Source of the DNA: a virus
Taxonomy: Duplodnaviria > Caudoviricetes
IMG/VR virus record: IMGVR_UViG_3300025655_003190
Coordinates: 1-52,216 of that record
Length of the DNA: 52,216 bases
Direction: 5' to 3' (one strand)
Both the position numbers and the translations under genes were made by a program. Under the pieces are notes generated by a model. That model searched no databases. It was not told the DNA's origin and worked only from the letters and a program-made list of their open reading frames with translations. Position 1 is the first letter of the stretch, and every line of letters begins with the position of its first letter. Below are positions 1-10,248 of this stretch, in pieces.

Positions 1-507
1 CCATGCACTTGCCTCAATTAAATCATCATAATATTGACTAATACTCTGTGCTGTTTCGTAAATTTCTTTAACATCTAACAATTCATCAAAAACTTTACTT
101 GGATCACTATAAATGTTACGGATAATGTGCGTATAACTGCGACTATGAATAGTTTCATTGAATGCCCAGGTTTCAATCCAGGTTTCAAGCTCAGGAATGC
201 TAACAATAGGGAGTAATGCTAAGTTAGGAGAACGCCCTTGCACTGAATCTAGTAGAATTTGCCTCTTTAGGTTTGATGTGAAGATGTGTTGTTCATGTTC
301 ATTTAGATCCTTAAAATCTTTAGCATCACGTAGCACGTCTACTTCTTCTGGTCTCCAGAAGAATCCTAATTGTTTATCAGTAAATTTATCAAACTGCTTA
401 TATTTTACAGATTCATATCTTTGTAAACCAACTCCGCCATTTTTATCTAAAAAAGCGGTTGATTTCAAATGATTTCTATTTTTAGTAGGGAATACACTTT
501 TACTCAT
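1..507 (-). CDS. nrdB: Ribonucleotide reductase class Ia beta subunit, N-terminal part (runs off the window edge)
   Basis: Not in the ORF track. My translation from the ATG at 507 gives MSKSVFP...GFFWRPEEVDVLRDAKDF...FTSNLKRQILLDSVQGRSP...WAFNETIHSRSYTHIIRN, typical NrdB motifs including the ExxH iron ligands and the radical Tyr. Confidence 0.95.
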   Translation of the reverse strand, partial: MSKSVFPTKNRNHLKSTAFLDKNGGVGLQRYESVKYKQFDKFTDKQLGFFWRPEEVDVLRDAKDFKDLNEHEQHIFTSNLKRQILLDSVQGRSPNLALLPIVSIPELETWIETWAFNETIHSRSYTHIIRNIYSDPSKVFDELLDVKEIYETAQSISQYYDDLIEASAW

Positions 508-520
508 AAATTATTCTCTT

Positions 521-1639
521 TTATGTAATTAGTGGCAACTCGTTAATACTTTTACATTTTCTAATAGCTATATCAGTATTACAAAAACAGCGTTGTAGCC
601 CACATATTGTTGGATTTTCTTGAAAAATTTTAGATTGATCTCGAATATGACCAATTTCCTTGCCATTTAAACAAAGTCCTCTGTATATTGATCCATCAAA
701 ATCAACGAAAATTGAATCTACACCAGCATAGCAGATCCAATTAGTAAAACTATGCAAATCTTTTGATACTAAATCATCAGTATTTAACTCTTGATAATTG
801 TAATCAATATCCCACAATCCACAATTTTGCCACGATGTCTTATGCCTTGACTCTATAAAGGCTAGTTCTTCATTATTATAATATGTAACCTGTTGACTGT
901 CAACATCATTTTTAAGTTTATAATCAAATTTTGTATTTTTTTGTTTATGTATATCTTTTAGAACTGCTTTTTTCTTAGATCCAACATATGGGGAAAGCTC
1001 GTCACCGACTGCAACTTGCGGAGTAATTCTTCTTATTACATATCGTACAGAATGTGTTTCTAGTATATTAATTATATGTTTAACTTGCTCCATCTTTCCA
1101 GGTAGGAACATTACATTTACATTAATGAACCCTTTTCCAAGTTTTTCTAATTCGCATATCTTTTTTATTGTGTCTAGAATTTCCTTATCTCTTCGTTCTA
1201 AATGAAGGCTAATTGTAACTCCATTTAGATACTCTAATGATTTTACATATGTTTCTAAAGGAAGACTACCATTAGAAATAGAATTTACTTGATAAGTAGT
1301 GCTTAAATTATTTAAATAGTCAAGTATTGTTAAAAAATTAGGATCAACAAACGGTTCTCCACCAGTAAATGCCCATTTAATTTTTTTGTTAGATTTTTGT
1401 ACTTCTGTGTTAATAACATTTATAAAATTTAACGAATCTTGCAAGTTTACAAATGGACTGACGAGATCGTGTACATGAGGACTGCAATAACTACAATCGT
1501 AATTACATCGTTTTCCTAGATTCCAAACAACTGTAAGAACATTTGGAACATTGTGCAATGCGTGATCTTCGCATTGCAACGAACGTACTGCAACTAAAGA
1601 TTCAATATTAAATTTTGCAAGAGTCACAATCTTCTTCAT
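521..1639 (-). CDS. Radical SAM protein with C-terminal SPASM/twitch-like Cys cluster
   Basis: CNYDCSYC (CxxxCxxC), TGGEP, C-terminal CYAG...DGSIYRGLC...CGLQRCFC. Start codon uncertain because it overlaps the nrdA end. Confidence 0.88.
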   Translation of the reverse strand: MKKIVTLAKFNIESLVAVRSLQCEDHALHNVPNVLTVVWNLGKRCNYDCSYCSPHVHDLVSPFVNLQDSLNFINVINTEVQKSNKKIKWAFTGGEPFVDPNFLTILDYLNNLSTTYQVNSISNGSLPLETYVKSLEYLNGVTISLHLERRDKEILDTIKKICELEKLGKGFINVNVMFLPGKMEQVKHIINILETHSVRYVIRRITPQVAVGDELSPYVGSKKKAVLKDIHKQKNTKFDYKLKNDVDSQQVTYYNNEELAFIESRHKTSWQNCGLWDIDYNYQELNTDDLVSKDLHSFTNWICYAGVDSIFVDFDGSIYRGLCLNGKEIGHIRDQSKIFQENPTICGLQRCFCNTDIAIRKCKSINELPLIT

Positions 1640-3875
1640 CAGTTAATTTATTAACGTCAATTTCACCTTGTCCATCATAGGTATTAAAATAATATAATTG
1701 TTTACCGCCATACTTGTAGAACATCAAAATATGTTGTAACATTTCGCTCATTGGAATTTTTTCATCTTCATAAAACTGTGGGTTATACGAAGTATTTACA
1801 GAGATGCCCTGATCAATATACTTTTGCAAAACTGCCATAATCTTCAAATAACCCATTGGAGATTTCTGATCCCATAGTAGTTCATACTTGTTCTTTAAAT
1901 GACGGAATTCTGGAACCACTTGCTTGAGAACACCGTCTTTGGATTGTTTAACTGATACGTAGCTGCGTGGTGGTTCCACACCATTTGTAGCATTTGAAAT
2001 CTGTGCCGAAGTTTCAGCTGGCATCAGTGCCATTAGTGTACTGTTGCGAATTCCTGTTTCTTTTAATTGATCGCGTAGTGCTTGCCACGGGACCGCATCA
2101 AAGTGGGGAACAAGTTCATCAACATCTTGTTTGTATGTGTCTACAGGGAGAATGCCCTGTCCATATTTTGTTTCGTGTACTAGCGGGCAAGCACCTTTTT
2201 CTACTGCTAAGTCAGCACTTGCTTTAATAAGATAATATGACCAATGTTGGGCCCAATTATCAATTAGCTTCAAATCAGGATCAGAATAGTTAGTTCCTTG
2301 CTTGGCTAACCAATATGCTAGATTAATAATACCTACACCTAACGGACGACGTCCTTCTGTAGCAAGACGTGCTGCAAGAATGGGATAGTTCTGATAACTT
2401 AACAGATTATCTAGGCCACGTACTGCTAGTTCGCACGCACGCTGCATTTCTTCCGGATGCTTAAACGCACCCCAGTTAATAGCAGATAAAGTACATAGTG
2501 CAATCTCGCCGTTTTCGTCGTGGATATCATTTAGAGGTTTAGTTGGCAAATCAATTTCACAGCATAGGTTAGATTGTTTAACAGGTGCTACTGTAGGATC
2601 AAACGCACCGTGTGTGTTAGCATGATCTACGTTCATCAAATAAATGCGGCCTGTGTCTTTGCGCTCTTGTACAAACTGCGAAAACAAGTCCATTGCTTTA
2701 ATACGTTTACGACGAATATGTGTATTACGTTCTGCACGTTCATATAGCTCGCGGAACAAGTCTACATCTGAGAAGAATGCATCGTATACTTCAGGAACGT
2801 CATTAGGTGAAAATAGTGTGATGTAATCGTTGTTCAACAAGCGTTCATACATAACCTTATTAAACTGTACACCATAGTCCATATGACGTACACGATTATC
2901 GTCTGTGCCTTTGTTGTTCTTTAGAACTAACAAATCTTCAACTTCTAAATGCCAAATTGGATAATAAAGTGTGGCAGCACCATTGCGCACGCCGCCTTGC
3001 GAACAAGAGCGTGTTGCTGCTTGGAAAAGTTTATAAAAAGGTATCACACCTGTGTGATACGCATCGCCCTTACGAATAGGACTCTTAATAGCACGAATAC
3101 GTCCTGCGCCTACGCCAATCCCTGCTTTTTGCGAAACATACTTAACAATAGAACTTGTAGTTGCGTTAATTGAATCAAGGGAGTCATCCGTTTCAATCAG
3201 TACACAACTAGAGAATTGGCGTTGACTAGTACGTACACCTGCCATTACAGGTGTAGGTAAACTTACTTGGTGTGTAGAAATTGCATCATAATAATCTTTG
3301 ACCCAACGCATACGAGTGTCGCGTGGATGATCTGCAAATAATGTAGCAGCAATAAGTGCGTATGCTACTTGCGGTGTTTCATAAATTTGTTTAGTAACAC
3401 GATTTTGTACGAGGTACTTGCCGCGCATTTGTTCCATTGCGGCATATGTTAAATGCTCATCGCGCTCGTGCTTAATAAAAGAATTAATATAATCCCATTC
3501 TGCGTTATCGTATAGATCTGGTAATTCAGGATCATAGAGCCCGGATTTTACATTTTGCTCAACCAACTTGCGAATATGCCACGGCGTAAACGCACCGTAT
3601 ACTTCTTTGCGCAAGTGATAACAAATAAGTCTGCCAGCAACATACTGATAATTAGGAGTTTCTTCAGAGATTAAGTCTGCTGCTGCTTTAATTAATGTTT
3701 CTTGGATATCCGGTGTTGAAATACCTTGATAAAATTGTAAGTGACTTTTTAATTCTAATTCTGAAGCACTTACACCTGTAATGTTTTCGGTTGCCCAAAA
3801 TACAACCTTGTGCATTTTATCAAGGTCAAGAAGTTCCTTGCGCCCGTCGCGCTTGGTCACCGTAATATCGCTCAT
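1608..3875 (-). CDS. nrdA: Ribonucleotide reductase class Ia alpha subunit with N-terminal ATP cone
   Basis: VTKRDG ATP cone, FSSCVL, QSNLCCEI, PAETSAQISNATNGVEP, KQLYY, C-terminal CDSC. Confidence 0.97.
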   Translation of the reverse strand: MSDITVTKRDGRKELLDLDKMHKVVFWATENITGVSASELELKSHLQFYQGISTPDIQETLIKAAADLISEETPNYQYVAGRLICYHLRKEVYGAFTPWHIRKLVEQNVKSGLYDPELPDLYDNAEWDYINSFIKHERDEHLTYAAMEQMRGKYLVQNRVTKQIYETPQVAYALIAATLFADHPRDTRMRWVKDYYDAISTHQVSLPTPVMAGVRTSQRQFSSCVLIETDDSLDSINATTSSIVKYVSQKAGIGVGAGRIRAIKSPIRKGDAYHTGVIPFYKLFQAATRSCSQGGVRNGAATLYYPIWHLEVEDLLVLKNNKGTDDNRVRHMDYGVQFNKVMYERLLNNDYITLFSPNDVPEVYDAFFSDVDLFRELYERAERNTHIRRKRIKAMDLFSQFVQERKDTGRIYLMNVDHANTHGAFDPTVAPVKQSNLCCEIDLPTKPLNDIHDENGEIALCTLSAINWGAFKHPEEMQRACELAVRGLDNLLSYQNYPILAARLATEGRRPLGVGIINLAYWLAKQGTNYSDPDLKLIDNWAQHWSYYLIKASADLAVEKGACPLVHETKYGQGILPVDTYKQDVDELVPHFDAVPWQALRDQLKETGIRNSTLMALMPAETSAQISNATNGVEPPRSYVSVKQSKDGVLKQVVPEFRHLKNKYELLWDQKSPMGYLKIMAVLQKYIDQGISVNTSYNPQFYEDEKIPMSEMLQHILMFYKYGGKQLYYFNTYDGQGEIDVNKLTDEEDCDSCKI

Positions 3876-3886
3876 TGTTTCCTCTT

Positions 3887-4306
3887 TTATTCTACTGTTA
3901 AATTGTTGCTTGATAACAATCTTTTAATTTTTAAGTCTTGAAGTGTATTGCTATTTACTATCTCATTAGGGATATAGTTAAGTATGTAGTCATTATTGAC
4001 TCGAACACAATAGAAATCGTCAAGTTGTAAAATGTCTATAGATTGTATATCTTTATGCGTTATTAGCATAAGAGTATACACGATTCCTAAGCATTTTGCA
4101 AGATCACAATAGACATCATCTGCTAAAAGATCCCACGGGCCTGGCCATTTTTCGTATTCGTCCATGTGCAGATAATGATTAGTGAGAGGCGCACGTTGCC
4201 ACCATTTATCTACAGTAACCAGAGCTTCTTTTATATTAAGTTGTGATGTATTTGTTCTTAACTCCCGCCATTCTAATAAGCGGTCGTCAAATCTATTAGG
4301 CCACAT
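3887..4306 (-). CDS. Hypothetical protein
   Basis: 139-aa ORF coupled to the upstream tail-like gene; no confident motif. Confidence 0.7.
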   Translation of the reverse strand: MWPNRFDDRLLEWRELRTNTSQLNIKEALVTVDKWWQRAPLTNHYLHMDEYEKWPGPWDLLADDVYCDLAKCLGIVYTLMLITHKDIQSIDILQLDDFYCVRVNNDYILNYIPNEIVNSNTLQDLKIKRLLSSNNLTVE

Positions 4307-5892
4307 TATCTTGCAAATTTATGAATTGTGTAAATAAATGTTGCGTCATCGCCGGTTGACGATGCTGTAAATTGGAAGGATACAGTATTTGATGTTTGAC
4401 TAATATTAAAAGTAATACCGGTAGAAGCAGATTCACTATATTCTTCTGTAAAGGTTGGAGAATTTCCGTTATATCCAACTGTAGCATGGATTTCGCCAGT
4501 ACGTACACTATCAGCACGCTTAATGTTATAAGTGACACTAAATCCACTATAAAAGTTTGTATCTAATGAAAATACCGTAGTAAACGTTCCGGTGTTGTCG
4601 CCTAATGTTGTAGTATAACCAACAGTTTGCTCAAGGTTACCCATTTTCAATGCTGCATTTTCAAATGCAATATTTTGGGTATCATTTAATTCGATTCTCC
4701 TTGAAACGCTATCGTCGGCGTCGTTACGTTCAAATAGATCACCAACACTGACGTTATTATTTGAGTTAAAATCGACAATAACAGAGCTTGGATTTCCGGC
4801 ACCTTGGAAATTATTCCCAACATCTAAGAATGTATTGTATGCTGAAACGTTCAGTTGTCCTGTTCCAATTTCAATACCTTGCGCCGAAATATTGTCAAAC
4901 AACGAAAATGCAATTTTAACACCTCGAGGACCACTATTAACTGGAGTTGCGCCTAATACTATTCCTTTATAGTGGGTGTTAAATTGACTATTTGTAACAT
5001 TAATTCCATGACAATTATAATTAGTAAACAATCCGTAAGTAGTATTACTAGTGTGGCACTTGTCAAATGTTACTTGTTCTGTAACTACTGTAGTTGAGCT
5101 TGCAATTTTAATACACGCAGTATTTTCTAACGCATCGCTAAGCGTACTCTGTAATAAGTTGCCCTTAAAATTAACTGAATCAAAATAACTCTGAGTTGTC
5201 TTTTCAACCAAGAAAATATCCATTTCTTCCGTTGACTCAAAACTCATACTTGATATTTCAATATGTGTTGGAGGTAACGCATCGTTGTTACCAATATTTG
5301 CACCAATTTGTTGTAAACTATCGGCGGTTCTTGCAACATACGAATCAATGGTACTACCGTCTGCACTAGTGTATCGAATAATACTACTGTCAGCACCGTC
5401 GCCCCATAATTTAGCGTAAGGTGGGATTTTAATTGTGCCTGAAACTCTATAAAGTCCAGCTGGGAAATATAAACTACGTCTTACTTCTTCGTTGACTTCT
5501 CTACAAAACAATTGATATAATGCACGATTAATAGCATCAGTATCATCTGCTTCGCCATCGCCAATTGCGCCAAAATCTTTAACACTAGCAAAGTCATCTA
5601 ATTTATCTTGAAGACTTCTAGTCACATCGTTAGTTGGAGTAGAACCAGTTTGCGCAATATATCCAGCATCATCACCTTTATATGTATAAGTTGACGCAAT
5701 TGATAAAATGTCACTATATTCGGTTAATATTTCAGTATTGCCTACAACAGGAGCACCTTCTGCTAATGTTCCGTTACCAATAAACAACCTACGTTCATCT
5801 AGTGCCCATCCAAGTTCGCCGCCGGCAAGCTGTGGCAAGTTCTCAATCAAACCTTTACGGTGTGTGATGCGTGAAATTTGTACGATAGCCAT
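4306..5892 (-). CDS. Tail fibre/tailspike-like virion protein with pectate-lyase-type beta-helix
   Basis: N-terminal LPQLAGGELGWALDERRLFIGNG (Mtd-N-like); SVKDFGAIGDGEADDTDAINRA...LYFPAGLY beta-helix cap; Asn/Gly/Thr-rich body; upstream TATAAATA. Confidence 0.75.
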   Translation of the reverse strand: MAIVQISRITHRKGLIENLPQLAGGELGWALDERRLFIGNGTLAEGAPVVGNTEILTEYSDILSIASTYTYKGDDAGYIAQTGSTPTNDVTRSLQDKLDDFASVKDFGAIGDGEADDTDAINRALYQLFCREVNEEVRRSLYFPAGLYRVSGTIKIPPYAKLWGDGADSSIIRYTSADGSTIDSYVARTADSLQQIGANIGNNDALPPTHIEISSMSFESTEEMDIFLVEKTTQSYFDSVNFKGNLLQSTLSDALENTACIKIASSTTVVTEQVTFDKCHTSNTTYGLFTNYNCHGINVTNSQFNTHYKGIVLGATPVNSGPRGVKIAFSLFDNISAQGIEIGTGQLNVSAYNTFLDVGNNFQGAGNPSSVIVDFNSNNNVSVGDLFERNDADDSVSRRIELNDTQNIAFENAALKMGNLEQTVGYTTTLGDNTGTFTTVFSLDTNFYSGFSVTYNIKRADSVRTGEIHATVGYNGNSPTFTEEYSESASTGITFNISQTSNTVSFQFTASSTGDDATFIYTIHKFAR

Positions 5893-5919
5893 GTGTGTTT
5901 AATCCATTTAAGTTTATAC

Positions 5920-5927
5920 TATTTATA
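5920..5927 (-). promoter_or_regulatory. T4-late-type promoter TATAAATA
   Basis: Exact TATAAATA 27 nt upstream of the tail-like gene. Confidence 0.6.
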
Positions 5928-6648
5928 CAATCTGGTTTTCGTAATATTGTTCAACCCTTTTCCACCATTGATTACGCCAATGTTCAAACTCGTCGCCTTC
6001 TACCGTCCATTCCATGTATTCCGGTGGCTTGCTATAGATCCCTGGCTCGGTTTCCACAGGCTTAACACACATTAAAATAACACCTTTTTTGATATTAGTA
6101 CCGTATACTTCATTGTGTGCTTCGGCGTATGCTGCTAATTGTAAAAAGTAATCAGTAATCCATTCTGTTTTTTTAGGTTTGTTTGCTTGTTTAAAATCAA
6201 GAATAGCAGGTGCGCCTTTGTGTACTCCTACACAGTCTGTTGTGCCAGCGTAGATACCTGGAAAGTAAAGTGGAACTTCTGTGCCCCAGAACTCATCTGC
6301 ATTTACAAGACCATGTTCAATAACTTCTTGTGCCATGTCATGACTTGCCCATCCGAACGGATTAGAACCTTTGTCTTTGATTTCACCAGTAAGCACATAG
6401 TTTTCTAGATACGTGTGCATACGAGTGCCACGATTAGCAGCTTCTGTTGTAATCTGTTGCGCTTTTTCGTGCCCGACACGTTTACGCCACTCGTTTAGTG
6501 CTTTCTTGGCTTCTTCAGGTTTAGTTTTATCCAGGATTGTAGTAACAGAAGGAACCTTATCGCCTGTTGGTGTGGCGTATAATCTTTTTCCGTTTACTTG
6601 TTCGCGAGTTAAGTTTTTATAATCAAACTTTTTTATTAATTTAGACAT
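5923..6648 (-). CDS. PD-(D/E)XK exonuclease (MGME1/Cas4-like phage family)
   Basis: PSVTTIL, RGTRMH, YAGTTD...ILDFK, YFLQLAAYA motifs. Confidence 0.85.
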   Translation of the reverse strand: MSKLIKKFDYKNLTREQVNGKRLYATPTGDKVPSVTTILDKTKPEEAKKALNEWRKRVGHEKAQQITTEAANRGTRMHTYLENYVLTGEIKDKGSNPFGWASHDMAQEVIEHGLVNADEFWGTEVPLYFPGIYAGTTDCVGVHKGAPAILDFKQANKPKKTEWITDYFLQLAAYAEAHNEVYGTNIKKGVILMCVKPVETEPGIYSKPPEYMEWTVEGDEFEHWRNQWWKRVEQYYENQIV

Positions 6649-6654
6649 CTGATT

Positions 6655-6683
6655 AGTATAACATGAAAATTATGTTATGTCAA
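6655..6683 (-). promoter_or_regulatory. Sigma70-type promoter, likely leaderless
   Basis: TTGACA-17 nt-TATACT with extended TG; ATG 6 nt downstream. Confidence 0.8.
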
Positions 6684-7564
6684 TGTTTTCTAATTTTTTG
6701 TTTTAATGTATCTACATCAATTGATTGTCCTGTGTAATGTTCCGGACAAAATTTACATTGCGGTATTTCGTTATCGATATGATCTAAGAACGCTTGCCCT
6801 TCGCCATTTTTAACCATTTCTAAAGTTAGCGGTTGATAGTTTTGTACTAATTCTCGATCTTCGGTTGATAAATCAAAATCAAATTGTTCAATTAATTCTG
6901 GAAATAATGCAACAGGACCGCACTTATAAATGTTTCCTCGAATAAAATGATAATTTTTATTTTTAACAAACGTACAAAACTCGTGTACTTGTGTAGGATT
7001 GTTGTTGTGTAGCTTCATTGGTGTACCAGAATCTAAAATGCTATTCTTCCAAAAATAATCCTGATGCCAAACCCCAACTCCTACACCTTCATTATTTTCA
7101 TAATACCAATGACTGCCAAACCTCCCGCAACCGTTTTGATCATATTCTCTTTTTGAAATATTACCTAGATAATTTTCAATACGTTCCTCAATAAACTCAA
7201 GCTCGTTTAGATGATGAAGGCTTATACCAATCCAGGTCATGTTATCTCGGCATGCTTCATACAACCCTTTGACTTTGTCTAGTTGGGTGGCATTGGTAAG
7301 AATTTGTTTACCGTATTTAGGCCATAAACGGTGCAATCCTTTAATCCAATCAACGATACTTGGATTTAAAAGAGGTTCGCCACCAAGTATAACAATACGG
7401 TCAAACTCGATATACTCTGCCCACTCTTCGTAAACTGCTTCGTAGTCTTTCCACAGTTGTGTTCCGGTAAATTTTAAGTTATTAAAACGGTTACATTCGT
7501 TGCATGCCAGGTTGCAAACGTTAGTAATATAGAATTCTATTTTAGGAATGAATAATTTTGACAC
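6680..7564 (-). CDS. Radical SAM protein
   Basis: CNLACNEC, LGGEPLL, TNA, C-terminal YKCG...CKFCP. Confidence 0.88.
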   Translation of the reverse strand: MSKLFIPKIEFYITNVCNLACNECNRFNNLKFTGTQLWKDYEAVYEEWAEYIEFDRIVILGGEPLLNPSIVDWIKGLHRLWPKYGKQILTNATQLDKVKGLYEACRDNMTWIGISLHHLNELEFIEERIENYLGNISKREYDQNGCGRFGSHWYYENNEGVGVGVWHQDYFWKNSILDSGTPMKLHNNNPTQVHEFCTFVKNKNYHFIRGNIYKCGPVALFPELIEQFDFDLSTEDRELVQNYQPLTLEMVKNGEGQAFLDHIDNEIPQCKFCPEHYTGQSIDVDTLKQKIRKH

Positions 7565-7585
7565 GCTGTATTTAAGCGTTAGGAT

Positions 7586-7924
7586 TTATTTGCGTTTATT
7601 TGCTGCACGTTTAGCAGCCTGCTTCATGGTCATTTTAGCGTGATCAATGCTCATGTTTTGTGGATTTAGTTCGGCTGCTTTTTTGCTTTTGAATACGATT
7701 TTGTCATCATTCATGTCAGCAATACCACCAAGTAGTCCTTGTGTTACTGCGTCTTGTAGTGTGTCGCGGTCGATGTTGATGCCCATTTTGCTGGCCATTT
7801 GCATAAACGCATCTACACTGAGTTCACCTGCTGCGTTTTCATCGTCAGCACGACCCACAAAGAACTGTGCTAGTGCTGCTAGTTCTTCGCCGTCGGCTTC
7901 ACGGATGATATCGCGGATGTTCAT
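7586..7924 (-). CDS. Hypothetical protein, possible internal head protein
   Basis: N-terminus MNIRDIIREA resembles a capsid-targeting leader; basic C-terminus. Confidence 0.6.
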   Translation of the reverse strand: MNIRDIIREADGEELAALAQFFVGRADDENAAGELSVDAFMQMASKMGINIDRDTLQDAVTQGLLGGIADMNDDKIVFKSKKAAELNPQNMSIDHAKMTMKQAAKRAANKRK

Positions 7925-8284
7925 TTATTTTAGAAGATTTTGCGCTGTGTTTTCAATTGATTCCCAGGCTTCATCTTCGTCTTCGTCTCTGCCTGATTCT
8001 ACATCTGATAATGAATTTGCCATTGTGTGCATACTACCGCCCATATATCTGCCTCCGTGATGTCCGCCAATAGCACCTAAAATATGTGCGTACCAATATG
8101 CTTCGGCTGCGCGACGTTCTTCTTGTGGTAGCATTCCTAGAGCTTGATCTGCAAGATTTGCAATCTCATCCATGATGTATTCAAATTCTTGTGCGTCAAA
8201 TTCAACTGCTTCAGTAACAGTTTCTTCTGCTACTGGTTCAGCAACTTTGTTAAAGTTCTGTAGGATGGTGTAGATTTCGTTCAT
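7925..8284 (-). CDS. Hypothetical acidic protein
   Basis: 119-aa ORF abutting both neighbours. Confidence 0.65.
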   Translation of the reverse strand: MNEIYTILQNFNKVAEPVAEETVTEAVEFDAQEFEYIMDEIANLADQALGMLPQEERRAAEAYWYAHILGAIGGHHGGRYMGGSMHTMANSLSDVESGRDEDEDEAWESIENTAQNLLK

Positions 8285-9162
8285 TAGATGCGCTCGCGTC
8301 CTAAGTTAGATAATTCATCACCTGGCTCTTCTTCAGGCATTTCTGGTTCCATATCCATTTCTGGTTCTGGTGGTAATTCAGCGTCCATATCCATGTCGCC
8401 CATGCCCATATCTTCTTCACCTGGTACGCTCATTTCTTCGCCAGTGATAACACCAACTGCTGATTCTAGTTCACCTTTAGCACCACTTAGTGCATCAATT
8501 AAGCCTTGTAATGCACCATCAACTGTGCTTTGGAATTGGCCAGCAGCGTCAACACCTTGCTCACCCTTAATACCATCAACTAGTGCTGGTAATTCTTTAA
8601 CTTTTAGGTCAGTCATGTTTTCGATCATCTTTTGAACTTGATCAACCATGTCTTGTGCTGCTAGTACAACTTGCGCTTGATCTACTTCCGTACCTTCCAT
8701 CATTTTCTTTTTCTTGCACTTGCTAGCTTCGACCATCTTGCTCATAAACTTAATAGCACTATCGCGGTTTTCTAGAACGCTTGCTAAACCTTTACTAACA
8801 CCTAGTGCTGCAATTTCACTTTCTGTTAACTTGCCGCCAACAGCAACAGTTTTAACAGCATTCATATATTTTGCTTTTGAATTCATAACTTTAACCTTTG
8901 ATTCTGGTTGGGATTCTGTAACTCTAGCACTTAGAGCTTGTTCCATAAACATTAACTTTAGATATGTTGCGTTTGTTTCTCTATAATGTCCTTGACGACT
9001 GCTTTTGAACTCGGCAATTTTAGCACGAGTTTCGTTCAGCATACGAACAGCAGCATCACGGCTAACAGAAGAAACATCAACTTTCTTGCCAAACTGTGAG
9101 TTATAGGCTTCAGAAAGTTTTTTAGAATTGAGTTTTGGTGCTAGATCATTCAGATTCATCAT
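8284..9162 (-). CDS. Hypothetical helical protein with acidic Met/Pro/Glu-rich tail (possible head core/scaffold-associated)
   Basis: 292 aa, helical character, tail EDMGMGDMDMDAELPPEPEMDMEPEMPEEEP; TAAATA at 9183-9188. Confidence 0.6.
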   Translation of the reverse strand: MMNLNDLAPKLNSKKLSEAYNSQFGKKVDVSSVSRDAAVRMLNETRAKIAEFKSSRQGHYRETNATYLKLMFMEQALSARVTESQPESKVKVMNSKAKYMNAVKTVAVGGKLTESEIAALGVSKGLASVLENRDSAIKFMSKMVEASKCKKKKMMEGTEVDQAQVVLAAQDMVDQVQKMIENMTDLKVKELPALVDGIKGEQGVDAAGQFQSTVDGALQGLIDALSGAKGELESAVGVITGEEMSVPGEEDMGMGDMDMDAELPPEPEMDMEPEMPEEEPGDELSNLGRERI

Positions 9163-9604
9163 TAAATCCCTTAATTTTAATATATTTAGTCAACTTTACA
9201 GTTTTATTAAGGTTACGTCTAGCCTGCTTTAGTTTGTTAGCATCTTCGTTGATCCTAATTAAAAGTACCTGGCGTTCATCATCGTTTTTTGTCTTATCCA
9301 ATATGCGTTTTCTATTTTCTATATCAAACTTATACTGCTGAATTCTACGGTCATCGCGAATAATATCGTTACCTTTGGACCATAAGTTCTTACTGTCGTA
9401 TATGCACCATCCTAATGCTGCTGAACTTGAACTTAAAGTGCTAACAAAATCATCATACTTGTATACGTCGTATACATCATCATGTTTAACAATGCGATAA
9501 CGCTCTAATACATGATATGTCTCACCTGATTGTACAATAGGCGGAACACTTTCTTTATCAAAAAAACGCTTAACTTTATCTGTAATACTGTTAATATCGA
9601 TCAT
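9146..9604 (-). CDS. Hypothetical protein
   Basis: 152-aa ORF with overlapping start/stop junctions. Confidence 0.65.
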   Translation of the reverse strand: MIDINSITDKVKRFFDKESVPPIVQSGETYHVLERYRIVKHDDVYDVYKYDDFVSTLSSSSAALGWCIYDSKNLWSKGNDIIRDDRRIQQYKFDIENRKRILDKTKNDDERQVLLIRINEDANKLKQARRNLNKTVKLTKYIKIKGFNDESE

Positions 9605-10017
9605 ACTTCTTCAAACCATATGTTTTGTTTTGTTCCTGAGGTGCTAATGTAAGGTAATAAACCTTTCTTTTCACCGAGATCTAAAATTATCGGTGTTCCG
9701 TTAAAGTCATCATACAATGCTCCTAGTGGATCACCGTCTTTAAAAAACGCCAATTCAGTTTCACTCTCAAATGTGAAACACCATTTACTAGCAGTTCCTT
9801 GCTTTTCAGGATTGGTTATATTAACAGGTTGTATACGAAATAGCAAGATTTGTAATACCGTTTCCCAATTACTTTGCTGTCTACGTAATCTGTTCCAGTC
9901 ATCGACAGTATTAATTACATTTCCATTAATATTAACAGGCAATGTTTGTTGTTTATATGGTCTATTTACACCTGTTTGTGTAATATCAAACGATGTACAT
10001 ATCTTTATTCGTTGCAT
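9601..10017 (-). CDS. Hypothetical protein
   Basis: Probable start MQRIKICTSFDIT at 10017; the longer track start overlaps the upstream gene. Confidence 0.65.
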   Translation of the reverse strand: MQRIKICTSFDITQTGVNRPYKQQTLPVNINGNVINTVDDWNRLRRQQSNWETVLQILLFRIQPVNITNPEKQGTASKWCFTFESETELAFFKDGDPLGALYDDFNGTPIILDLGEKKGLLPYISTSGTKQNIWFEEV

Positions 10018-10229
10018 AAGGTTACCAGTACTTTTAATCTTTCTAATTGCTCTAAAATTGCAGGATGACGCTCTGCTAATCCATCCCAATCATAACGCAA
10101 TGCGAATCCATTCCATTCTTCGTATGTGTTTTGTTTAACAACTCTGCGTTCGTTTGAACCTGCGTGTCTAGCAAACACCGTTTTTCCGCCATCAGGCGAT
10201 TCATAAACAATAAAAGGGCTTTTTTGCAT
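10005..10229 (-). CDS. Small hypothetical protein (YESPDGGKTVFAR motif)
   Basis: 74 aa; TAAATA 4 nt before the ATG. Confidence 0.65.
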   Translation of the reverse strand: MQKSPFIVYESPDGGKTVFARHAGSNERRVVKQNTYEEWNGFALRYDWDGLAERHPAILEQLERLKVLVTLCNE

Positions 10230-10248
10230 AGCGTATTTAAGGTCAATA

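Noticed and set aside
158-472. 104-aa plus-strand ORF and the many other short plus-strand ORFs in the track
   Set aside because: They are antisense shadows of well-supported minus-strand genes (here nrdB) with no motifs or RBS.
521-1639. NrdG anaerobic RNR activase
   Set aside because: Too long, carries an extra Cys-rich domain, and the flanking RNR is class Ia.
3887-4306. Transglutaminase-like cysteine protease
   Set aside because: YCDLAKCLG is suggestive, but I cannot identify the His/Asp of a catalytic triad.
4306-5892. Diversity-generating retroelement target, suggested by the Mtd-like N-terminus
   Set aside because: No reverse transcriptase or template/variable repeat pair is visible in the window.
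5923-6648. Cas4 as part of a CRISPR system
   Set aside because: No Fe-S cysteine set, no cas neighbours and no array; fits a stand-alone phage exonuclease.
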